Source: Candidatus Pelagibacter sp. HTCC7211
GTDB lineage: Bacteria; Pseudomonadota; Alphaproteobacteria; Pelagibacterales; Pelagibacteraceae
DNA: 32,000 bases
Direction: 5' to 3'
Assembly: GCF_000155895.1 (NCBI RefSeq)
Contig: NZ_DS995298.1
Span: forward strand, 270,001 to 302,000
In this document: piece by piece, positions 1 through 7,792 of the stretch
Numbering within the stretch: position 1 is the stretch's first letter
Layout of the letters: each line of letters opens with the position of its first letter
Notes under the pieces: generated by a model
What the model saw: only the letters and a program-made list of their open reading frames with translations
Databases searched by the model: none
Told to the model about the DNA's origin: nothing
Program-made: the position numbers and the translations under genes

Positions 1-996
1 GCCATTGCAACAATTGTTTCTTGCAGTATTTTTGCTGCAATTTCAGGATCATCTGTTGCAACCGCTGCCACAATTTCAACAGTTGCTTTTCCAGCAATGA
101 TAAGTCGTGGTTATCATAGAAATTTCACCTTAGGCATATTGGCAGCTGGCGGTACACTTGGGATATTAATTCCGCCTTCTATACCAATGATTGTTTATGC
201 TTTTGTCGTAGAAGAGTCAGTTTTAAGCATGTTTCTTGCAGGAATTGGACCTGGAATTGTTCTGGCATTATTCTTTATTATATTTTCAATAATTTATGTA
301 AAATTTTTTAATAAAGAAGTTGTTAATGTAAAAAGTACTCTTGAAGAAAAAATAAAATATACAAAAAAGGGCTTACCAATTTTATTAATGGCATTCATAA
401 TGCTTGGTGGTATTTATGCTGGTATTTACACCCCAACTGAGGCTGGTGGTATAGGTTTTTTGATATCATTTATTTATGTGGTTGCGAAAAAAAGATTAAG
501 TTTTAAAGGATTTATTGAGGCTGGTCTTGAAACAATGAAAACAACTGTAACTATTTTCATAATTATAGCTGGCGCTAAAATATTTGGAAAAGCAATTTCA
601 CTTTATAGAATTCCTCAAGAGTTATCTTCATTTATAGTTACAAATATAAATGAACAAGGCTTGTTTATACTTGTAGTTTGCATAACACTTTTAATTCTTG
701 GATTTATAATGGAAACTTTATCGTTAATATTAATTATGATGCCGATTTTTTCTATTTCAATAGCGGCGATGAATATAGATTTAATTTGGTTTGGAATAAT
801 TTTTACTTTAATGATTGAATGTGCTTTAATTACTCCACCAGTTGGTTTAAATATTTATGTTTTACAAGCAATTGGAAAAGCTAAAATGTCTGAAATTGCA
901 AAAGGAGTGATACCATTTGTAATAATAATGTTGTTCACCGTTTTTGTTATTTACTTATTTCCTGATTTAGCTTTATATATACCTTTTAAATTATAG
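1..996 (+). CDS. dctM: TRAP transporter large permease subunit (DctM family), 5' end truncated by the window edge
   Basis: Frame 1 is open from base 1 (AIATIVSCSIFAAISGSSVATAATIST...), so the tracked ATG at 97 is internal. Polytopic hydrophobic protein with the DctM-type 'SGSSVATAAT' and 'GGTLGILIPPSIPMIVY' motifs. It resembles the second DctM at 30489-31850 ('GGCLGILIPPSIMLIVY'). Confidence 0.85.
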   Translation, partial: AIATIVSCSIFAAISGSSVATAATISTVAFPAMISRGYHRNFTLGILAAGGTLGILIPPSIPMIVYAFVVEESVLSMFLAGIGPGIVLALFFIIFSIIYVKFFNKEVVNVKSTLEEKIKYTKKGLPILLMAFIMLGGIYAGIYTPTEAGGIGFLISFIYVVAKKRLSFKGFIEAGLETMKTTVTIFIIIAGAKIFGKAISLYRIPQELSSFIVTNINEQGLFILVVCITLLILGFIMETLSLILIMMPIFSISIAAMNIDLIWFGIIFTLMIECALITPPVGLNIYVLQAIGKAKMSEIAKGVIPFVIIMLFTVFVIYLFPDLALYIPFKL

Positions 997-998
997 TT

Positions 999-1874
999 AT
1001 GTTTTCTAAAATTAAATCAAAAGATAAGGCATCTAAATTAAGAGAGAAACTTAACGCAAAAGGCGTGATTGTAATGCCTGGATGCTTCGACTCTTTATCT
1101 GCAAAACTAATTGAAAAAGAGGGTTTAGATGTTGGTTTTATGTCAGGTTTTTGTGTTTCTTCAACTAGATTAGGTATGCCTGACACTGGTTTAATCTCTT
1201 TTTCTGAAATGGTAGATCAAGTAAGAAATATTTGTAACTCAACATCCATTCCAATTATTTTTGATGGCGATACGGGTTATGGTAATTCAGTAAACGTATT
1301 TAGAACTGTTAGAGGTTACGCAGACGCTGGTGCAGCTGGAGTAATGATAGAGGATCAAAAATGGCCAAAAAAATGTGGACACACTAAAGGAAAAGATGTT
1401 GTGGATTTAGATGAAGCAAAATCGCGTATTAAAGCTGCTGTAGATGCAAGAAATTATGGCGATAATGACATTTTAATTATGGCTAGAACAGATGCTATTG
1501 CAACAAGAGGACTGGATGATGCAATTAACAGAATGAAGATATTTTCTGAAATTGGAGCTGATATTTTATTTATTGAAGCTGTAAAATCTAAAGATGATAT
1601 GAAGAGAATTATAAAAGAAGTTCCTGGACATCACATGATAAATTTAATTGAAGATGGAGATACACCGTTATTAGAAATAAATGAACTAGAGCAAATTGGT
1701 TACAAGATTGCAGTAATGCCTTTAACGCTGATGAGCGCTTCAGTAAAAACAATGCAAGAATGTTTAAAGAATATGAAAAATAAAGTTTATAATACAAATG
1801 TAACTAAATTTTCTGAATTAAGAGATATTGTAGGATTTAATGAGTATTATAAAATTGAGGATAAATATAAGTAA
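999..1874 (+). CDS. Isocitrate lyase / PEP mutase superfamily enzyme (2-methylisocitrate-lyase-like C-C lyase)
   Basis: 291 aa. Contains 'MPGCFDSLSAK', 'IIFDGDTGYGN' and 'MIEDQKWPKKCGHTKGK' (K-K-C-G-H gating-loop motif with the catalytic Cys) and 'ARTDA'. Starts 2 nt after the dctM stop. Confidence 0.8.
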   Translation: MFSKIKSKDKASKLREKLNAKGVIVMPGCFDSLSAKLIEKEGLDVGFMSGFCVSSTRLGMPDTGLISFSEMVDQVRNICNSTSIPIIFDGDTGYGNSVNVFRTVRGYADAGAAGVMIEDQKWPKKCGHTKGKDVVDLDEAKSRIKAAVDARNYGDNDILIMARTDAIATRGLDDAINRMKIFSEIGADILFIEAVKSKDDMKRIIKEVPGHHMINLIEDGDTPLLEINELEQIGYKIAVMPLTLMSASVKTMQECLKNMKNKVYNTNVTKFSELRDIVGFNEYYKIEDKYK

Positions 1875-1896
1875 TTAATATCAATATTATCCAACA

Positions 1897-2961
1897 TTAT
1901 TTTTTTTCCATTAACCATAGATAGTTCCCAGCTAAAAAATAAATTTTTCCATTTTTTGGATGAACTTGTATATCTCTTATTCTTCCAATTTCATTTTTAA
2001 AAATAATTTTCTCTTTTACGTTTTCGATGTCACCTATAATTAATTTTCTTAAAGATTTATCTTTAAGTGATGTTACCAAAGCATGACCATTCCAATCACT
2101 AAACTCTTTACCTTTATAAATTGTAATTGCACTAGCAGCAATTGAAGGTACCCAATATTGAATTGCTTTAGTAAAACCTGGTTTCCATTTTGGTCCAATT
2201 TTGGTTCCAGAATAATTTGTTCCACCCCATCCTAAAATTTTCCATCCATAATTTTCTCCTTTTTTTGCTTCACCGAACCAATCTCCACCTTTTGCCCCAT
2301 GATTGCTTATGTAAATTTTTTCATCATAAGGTGATATAGTTAAACCTTGTGGATTTCTAACGCCTATTTGATAAATTTCAGGTAACCATTTAGATTTACC
2401 TTCAAACTTTGGATTGTCTATTGGTATACTACCATCTGTGTGAATTCTAATTATACTCCCAGGATGTTTGGTTCCATCTTGAGCAATCATACCTTGTCCT
2501 CTTTCACCAGTTGTTGCGAAAAGATAATCATCTTTAATAGCTAATCTTGAGCCAAAATGGTAACCAGAGTCTATAGGTGGATTTGATTGAAATATATTTT
2601 CAAAAATTAATTCCTTTTTATGGAATTTTGCTTTTGCAATTGAAGTACTTGTTTTCCAATTTCCTCTATCCTCAGTATATGAAATCCAAAGTTTATTTTC
2701 TTTATAGATAATATCTAATAGCCCACCTTGTCCGTATTCAAGAAAATTAAGATTATGTTTTATTTCTATTATTTTTTTTGAGACAACATTTACTAATTTT
2801 ATCTTTCCACTTTTTTCAGTGATTATTATTTCTTCATTATTAATAAAAGAGGATCCCCAAGGATTATTAAGATTGACAATTTTTTTAAAATTAAAATCAT
2901 CAGATAGACCAAAAGATTGAAAGTTAATAATAAAAAAAACTAATATGAAAAAAATTTTCAT
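1897..2961 (-). CDS. PQQ-dependent (soluble glucose/sorbosone dehydrogenase-like) beta-propeller sugar dehydrogenase, secreted
   Basis: 354 aa. N-terminal signal-like segment MKIFFILVFFIINFQSF. Motifs typical of the YliI/sGDH family: 'EYGQGGLLDI', 'HFGSRLA', 'GERG', 'GSIIRI..DGSIP.DNPF', 'GVRNPQGL', 'NHGAKGGD'. Confidence 0.7.
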   Translation of the reverse strand: MKIFFILVFFIINFQSFGLSDDFNFKKIVNLNNPWGSSFINNEEIIITEKSGKIKLVNVVSKKIIEIKHNLNFLEYGQGGLLDIIYKENKLWISYTEDRGNWKTSTSIAKAKFHKKELIFENIFQSNPPIDSGYHFGSRLAIKDDYLFATTGERGQGMIAQDGTKHPGSIIRIHTDGSIPIDNPKFEGKSKWLPEIYQIGVRNPQGLTISPYDEKIYISNHGAKGGDWFGEAKKGENYGWKILGWGGTNYSGTKIGPKWKPGFTKAIQYWVPSIAASAITIYKGKEFSDWNGHALVTSLKDKSLRKLIIGDIENVKEKIIFKNEIGRIRDIQVHPKNGKIYFLAGNYLWLMEKK

Positions 2962-2966
2962 AAAAG

Positions 2967-3269
2967 TTAAAAGATAACTTTGAAACCCTCAAAGTCTGGA
3001 GGACCAAGATATAAGTCCCTATGTTGTGCAGCATTCTTATGTGCTAAGCGAAATGCTTCAGATTTAGTCCAATTTATAAAATCTTCTTTAGAGTCCCAAG
3101 TGCTGTGCGAAGAATACAATGAATAATTTTCATTGGTATCTCCTTTAATCAAATTAAAATTTTTAAAACCTTTCACACCATCTAGATGAGTGTCTCTATT
3201 TTTCCAAACATTTTCAAAATCATTTTCTTTACCCAAAACAATTTTAAATCTATTCATTGCAATATACAT
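2967..3269 (-). CDS. Antibiotic-biosynthesis-monooxygenase (ABM/IsdG-like) domain protein
   Basis: 100 aa, single ferredoxin-like ABM-size domain ('MNRFKI..G....FE..W..R....DGVKGF..F.L....YSLYSSHSTW.S.EDF..W..S..F..AH'). 5-nt spacer to the downstream gene and 6-nt spacer to the upstream SDR. Confidence 0.55.
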   Translation of the reverse strand: MYIAMNRFKIVLGKENDFENVWKNRDTHLDGVKGFKNFNLIKGDTNENYSLYSSHSTWDSKEDFINWTKSEAFRLAHKNAAQHRDLYLGPPDFEGFKVIF

Positions 3270-3275
3270 TTTCTT

Positions 3276-3986
3276 TTAAGATAATTTTGATCTTCCTCCA
3301 TCTACAGCGATAATTTGGCCAGTTACCCATGAACTATCTTCAGTAATTAAAAATTTTGCAAGTGCCGCTGAATCTTTTCCTTCTCCCAATCTTTTTAATG
3401 GATGGGCTTTGGCTATTCCTTCTGCAATAGTTGTATTTTTTAACATTGGTTCTGCGATTTTTGATTTTGTCAAACTTGGAGCTACACAATTTACTCTAAT
3501 ATTAGGAGCAAATTCTGCAGCTAATGACACTGTTAATCCCTCAACAGCAGCTTTAGCTGAGGCAATTATTGCGTGATTTGTAAATCCCCTTTGAGCAGCT
3601 ACCGTTGAAAATAGAACGATTGAACCTTTATTCTTTTTCAAACTTTCTTGATAACCTTTTATAGCTTCTACAGCGGAATAAAGATTTAATTTCATACATT
3701 TGTTAAAATCTTGCTCGGTCACCATCCTTAATGGTTTTAAATCAATTGAACCAACACAATATGCTATTCCTTTTATTTCAGCGACATCTGCTTTAACTTT
3801 TTCAATAAAACTTTCTTCCAAAACATCAGCAACTGTAAATGTGCATCCTAATTTTTCTGCAATAGAACTTACTTCACTTTCATTTCTTGCAATTAAGTGA
3901 ATATCATTTCCAGAATTTTTTAATTGTTCAGCTAGACTTGAACCAATAGAACCTGTCGCACCAAAGATTAGATATTTTTCTGACAT
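3276..3986 (-). CDS. Short-chain dehydrogenase/reductase (SDR)
   Basis: 236 aa. Rossmann motif 'IFGATGSIGSSLA', 'NLYS' region, 'SAKAAVEGL' in place of the YxxxK region, C-terminal 'SSWVTGQIIAVDGG'. Confidence 0.8.
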   Translation of the reverse strand: MSEKYLIFGATGSIGSSLAEQLKNSGNDIHLIARNESEVSSIAEKLGCTFTVADVLEESFIEKVKADVAEIKGIAYCVGSIDLKPLRMVTEQDFNKCMKLNLYSAVEAIKGYQESLKKNKGSIVLFSTVAAQRGFTNHAIIASAKAAVEGLTVSLAAEFAPNIRVNCVAPSLTKSKIAEPMLKNTTIAEGIAKAHPLKRLGEGKDSAALAKFLITEDSSWVTGQIIAVDGGRSKLS

Positions 3987-4013
3987 AAATTATTTAATTA
4001 GCTATATTTAATT

Positions 4014-5504
4014 ATGAAATTATTTTTTATACTTGGTAATCAATTATTTCCATTAAAATACATAGACCGCTTCAAAAAGGATCATGTGTTTTTTATGGCG
4101 GAAGATAACGGATTATGTACTTATGAAAAACATCATAAGCAAAAAATCTTATTATTTTTGTCCTCTATGCGCTCTTATGCTGATAATTTAAAGAAAAATA
4201 ACTTTAAATTAGATTATCTTAAAATTGAAGATAAGGATTTTAAGGATGATTATTTAAAAAAATTAAAAAAAAAAATTACTCAAAAAAAAATAACTGAAAT
4301 TTCAAGTTTTGAAGTAGAAGACAAATTTTTTGAAAAAAAAATTACACAATTTTTAAAAAAAGAAAAAATCAATTGGAATATTGTTCAAACACCCATGTTT
4401 TTAAATTCTAGAGATGAGTTTAAAAATTATTTAGGAAAATCTAAAAAACCTTTTATGGCAACATTTTATAAAGAAGTCAGACGAAAATCTGGAATACTAA
4501 TGGGTGCAGATGGAAACCCAATTGGGGGTAAGTGGAGTTTTGATGAAGATAACAGAAATAAACTTCCTAAAGATATTTCAATTCCAAAATTTCCAAAAAT
4601 AAACGAGACTACCCATACAAAAAAATTAAAACCCATAATTGAAAAAATATTTAAAGATCATCCTGGAAGTACAGATAATTTTTGGTTAGCAACAGAATAT
4701 GATGATGTTGTTAAACTTTTAAATTTTTTTATAAAAGAAAAATCTAATTTATTTGGCGATTATGAAGATGCAGTTAACCAAAAAGATAATATTTTATTTC
4801 ATAGCGCTCTTAGTCCTTATATTAACTTGGGTTTGATCACTCCTGAATTAATTATTCAAAAAATTTTAGATTTTCATAAAAAGAATAAAATTAGAATGAA
4901 CTCGCTTGAAGGATATATTCGTCAGGTCATTGGGTGGCGAGAATTTATGAGAGGTATTTACCAAGGATATTCTGAAAAAATGGAAACTGGAAATTTTTTC
5001 AAACAAAATAGAAAAATGAAAAATTCTTGGTATGTAGGAACTACAGGTCTACCACCATTAGATTATGCAATTAAAAATGCAGTTAATCACGGTTGGTCTC
5101 ATCATATTGAAAGGTTAATGATTTTATCTAACATAATGAACCTTTGTGAGATTAAGCCCACAATTGTTTACAAATGGTTTATGGAAATGTTTGTTGACTC
5201 ATCTGACTGGGTAATGGTTCCAAATGTTTATGGAATGGGATTATTTAGCGATGGAGGTATTTTTGCGACAAAGCCATATATCTGTGGTTCAAGTTATTTT
5301 ATGAAGATGATGGATTTTAAAAAGGGTGAGTGGTGCAACATTATGGATGGATTGTATTGGAGATTTATAGATCGAAATAGAAAATTTTTTTTAACAAATC
5401 CAAGATTATCCATGATGGTTCGTATTTTTGATAAAATGAAAAATGACAGAAAAAAAATGATTTTATCTGAAGCTGATAAATTTATTAAACATAATACAAT
5501 TTAG
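4014..5504 (+). CDS. Cryptochrome/photolyase-family protein of the COG3046 (CryB/PhrB, bacterial (6-4)-photolyase-like) type
   Basis: 496 aa. N-terminus 'LFFILGNQLFP' and 'FMAED...C.YEKHHKQKILLFLSSMR', then 'SALSPYINLGLITP', 'GYIRQVIGWREFMRGIY', 'HGWSHHIERLMILSN', 'DWVMVPNVYGM', 'TKPYICGSSY', 'NPRLSMM'. These are characteristic of the photolyase-related COG3046 family. Confidence 0.8.
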   Translation: MKLFFILGNQLFPLKYIDRFKKDHVFFMAEDNGLCTYEKHHKQKILLFLSSMRSYADNLKKNNFKLDYLKIEDKDFKDDYLKKLKKKITQKKITEISSFEVEDKFFEKKITQFLKKEKINWNIVQTPMFLNSRDEFKNYLGKSKKPFMATFYKEVRRKSGILMGADGNPIGGKWSFDEDNRNKLPKDISIPKFPKINETTHTKKLKPIIEKIFKDHPGSTDNFWLATEYDDVVKLLNFFIKEKSNLFGDYEDAVNQKDNILFHSALSPYINLGLITPELIIQKILDFHKKNKIRMNSLEGYIRQVIGWREFMRGIYQGYSEKMETGNFFKQNRKMKNSWYVGTTGLPPLDYAIKNAVNHGWSHHIERLMILSNIMNLCEIKPTIVYKWFMEMFVDSSDWVMVPNVYGMGLFSDGGIFATKPYICGSSYFMKMMDFKKGEWCNIMDGLYWRFIDRNRKFFLTNPRLSMMVRIFDKMKNDRKKMILSEADKFIKHNTI

Positions 5505-5632
5505 TGAAAAAAGAACATTTGCCATCAAAAATTTGTTTAGTATGTCATAGGCCATTTAAATGGAGAAAAAAATGGAAAATCAATTGGGATAAAGTTAAAT
5601 ATTGCTCAAAAAGATGCTCAAATAAAAAATGA
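5504..5632 (+). CDS. Small DUF2256-like zinc-ribbon protein (42 aa), absent from the ORF track
   Basis: GTG at 5504 overlaps the upstream TAG (TAGTG). My hand translation is VKKEHLPSKICLVCHRPFKWRKKWKINWDKVKYCSKRCSNKK*. The TGA at 5630-5632 overlaps the next ATG (ATGA). The CxxC...CxxxC pattern and 'WRKKW' match my memory of the DUF2256 family. Confidence 0.65.
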   Translation: MKKEHLPSKICLVCHRPFKWRKKWKINWDKVKYCSKRCSNKK

Positions 5633-7059
5633 AAAGTTTTTTTAAAAAAATAATAATTTTGTCGATTTTATCATTGCCCAATACTGTTAATGCTGATTTT
5701 TTTGAAGATATAACTTATAAAATTGAGAATAATTCTAAAAGACTTAGTTATGGAGTCTCGGTCACAGATATGGATCAAGATGGCAAATACGAATTTTTAG
5801 TTACTGGATTTGGTTATGCTAATTTAGCTTTATCTTATGATAATGGAAAATTAATTAATATCGCAAACAAAAATGTATTTTCTGATAAATTTAGAAAAAC
5901 TATTGGTGTTGCTGCATGTGACGTTGATAGAGATGGATATGAAGAAATATATTTTCTTAATACTGATACCTACAGCGGAAAAAAAAAATATTCTGATAGA
6001 CTGATTGATTTTGAAGAAAATAAGTTTTTAGATATGTTTGAAATTGAAAAAAATAAGGAAGATTTAAATTTAACAGCAGGAAGATCAGTGGCTTGCGTAG
6101 ATAGAGAAGGTAATGGAAGATATGGTCTTTATGTATCAAATTATGGTGGACCAACAAGATTCTATGAAATTGAAGATGGAAAGATAAAAGATAAAGCAGA
6201 AAATTTAAATTTAAATAATGTTACGGGTGGAAGGGCAGTTGTTTCAGGTCATATTTTAACAGACAAATCTGATATTTTTGCAGCAAATGAGCGGGGTGCA
6301 AATTATCTTTTAAAAAATAATGATGGTGTATTTGAAGATGTAGCATTTGATTTTCGTGTAGATGATGTGATTCAGAATGGTAGAGGAACTGTACTTTCAG
6401 ATATTTTATACAGAGGTAGGTTAGATATAATAAGTGGAAACTGGAAGGGATATCACAGAGCTTATGTTTTAGAAAATAATCAATTCAAAGATGTAGGGAG
6501 CAGTAAATTTGATAAACCCTCTAGAATTCGAACAATTATTTCTGCTGATTTTGATAATGATGGTTATGATGAAATTTTTATGAATAATATAGCTGAGCCC
6601 AACAAGTTATTTAGGATAAAAGAGAATGGAATATTTGAAGAAATTAAACTTGAAGTAGCTCTTGAAGCTGATGGATATGGAACAGGTGCTGCAGTTGCTG
6701 ACATCGATAATGATGGAATTCTAGAATTGATAGTGTCTCGTGGTGAAAGTAAAGAACAACCTTTAACTTTATATAAAGCAAAAGTTGATAAACAAAGCAA
6801 ATATTTGAGAATAAAACCGATTAATCTATTTGGTGCTCCAGCAAGAGGAGCAACTGTTACGTTGATTAGTAATCAAAGAAAACATTCAAAAACTATAGAT
6901 GCTGGATCAGGTTATCTGTGCCAAATGGAGCCTGTGGCACATTATGGAATTAGAAAAAATGAAAATAATTTTAAAGTAGAAGTAAAATGGACAAATGGTA
7001 CTAAAGATTTAATTAAAATAACTTCGTTAAATCAAACAATCACTATTAAGCAAAAATGA
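5629..7059 (+). CDS. Secreted FG-GAP/VCBS-repeat protein with C-terminal UnbV/ASPIC domain (CRTAC1-like)
   Basis: 476 aa. Signal peptide MKSFFKKIIILSILSLPNTVNA. Repeated Ca-binding DxDxDG loops ('DMDQDGKYEF', 'DVDRDGYEEI', 'DFDNDGYDEI', 'DIDNDGILEL'). C-terminal 'GATVTL.......T..AGSGYLCQMEPVAHYGI' is typical of ASPIC/UnbV. Confidence 0.8.
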   Translation: MKSFFKKIIILSILSLPNTVNADFFEDITYKIENNSKRLSYGVSVTDMDQDGKYEFLVTGFGYANLALSYDNGKLINIANKNVFSDKFRKTIGVAACDVDRDGYEEIYFLNTDTYSGKKKYSDRLIDFEENKFLDMFEIEKNKEDLNLTAGRSVACVDREGNGRYGLYVSNYGGPTRFYEIEDGKIKDKAENLNLNNVTGGRAVVSGHILTDKSDIFAANERGANYLLKNNDGVFEDVAFDFRVDDVIQNGRGTVLSDILYRGRLDIISGNWKGYHRAYVLENNQFKDVGSSKFDKPSRIRTIISADFDNDGYDEIFMNNIAEPNKLFRIKENGIFEEIKLEVALEADGYGTGAAVADIDNDGILELIVSRGESKEQPLTLYKAKVDKQSKYLRIKPINLFGAPARGATVTLISNQRKHSKTIDAGSGYLCQMEPVAHYGIRKNENNFKVEVKWTNGTKDLIKITSLNQTITIKQK

Positions 7060-7745
7060 AAAAAACTTTGTTTAAATTTACTATAATTATTTTTGCATTA
7101 ATTCAATTTGAAACATTCGCAAATGAAAAAAATTATTATAAAGAATTAATAACTGACTGGTCAAGAATATTTCCAGATCAAAATAGAAATGCTGCTGGGC
7201 CGAAGTTTTTTAAATATATCATAGACAAAGAAATTACTTTTAAGGATTTTACTGAATTTAATAAGTTATATTGTGCAGTTTCAGGATCATTAATTGATCC
7301 TGACAGTGAACCTGATTTTTTATTTGCCAAAGAAAGCAAAACTAACAAAAAAATTTGTGGCGATTACTACAAATGTTGTATTCCTTGTTCATGTGATGTC
7401 ATGAAATATTCTGAAGTTGAAAAAATGAAATATAAATTTTTAGATGGTTTTAAAGAATTTTACGTATTCACAATTAAAAATCCTTGTAACAAGAAAAATT
7501 TTCCAGATAAAGTAAATAAGAATTATTTTTGTGATGGAGAAAAAATAAACAATGATCAAGTTTATAATCTTAATGGTCGAATAGTTATAGGTTTATTACA
7601 TAAAGGCAGAGATTGTAACAAAGAGGAGATAGATTTTGTCAAAAGTCATCAAGTCACAGGAAAATTTTGCGAATTAAGAAACAACACTCCTTTAGAAAGT
7701 CTAAAAGGAGGTATGGGCGATATTTTTATAAAGCTCGCAAGATAA
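7056..7745 (+). CDS. Secreted cysteine-rich hypothetical protein (10 Cys; possible YHS/TRASH-like metal-binding segment)
   Basis: 229 aa. ATGA overlap with the upstream gene. Signal peptide MKKTLFKFTIIIFALIQFETFA. Cys at residues 73, 101, 107, 108, 111, 113, 144, 159, 187 and 205. 'YCAVSGSLI...GDYYKCCIPCSCD' resembles YHS/TRASH patterns. Confidence 0.6.
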   Translation: MKKTLFKFTIIIFALIQFETFANEKNYYKELITDWSRIFPDQNRNAAGPKFFKYIIDKEITFKDFTEFNKLYCAVSGSLIDPDSEPDFLFAKESKTNKKICGDYYKCCIPCSCDVMKYSEVEKMKYKFLDGFKEFYVFTIKNPCNKKNFPDKVNKNYFCDGEKINNDQVYNLNGRIVIGLLHKGRDCNKEEIDFVKSHQVTGKFCELRNNTPLESLKGGMGDIFIKLAR

Positions 7746-7792
7746 TATTATTTAATTTGTTTAGAGAATTGATCTGAGCTAAGCTGATTTTC

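Noticed and set aside
4265-4290. Long homopolymers inside coding regions, considered as possible slipped-strand phase-variation switches: A11 at 4265-4275 and A9 at 4282-4290 in the photolyase homologue, A10 at ~5979-5988 in the FG-GAP gene, and T12 at 12111-12122 in the PsiE-like gene.
   Set aside because: In a genome this AT-rich, AAA Lys codons generate such runs routinely. The tracts encode Lys-rich low-complexity segments or a C-terminal KKKK tail, all are in frame here, and nothing else suggests contingency loci. Only population data showing length polymorphism would revive the idea.
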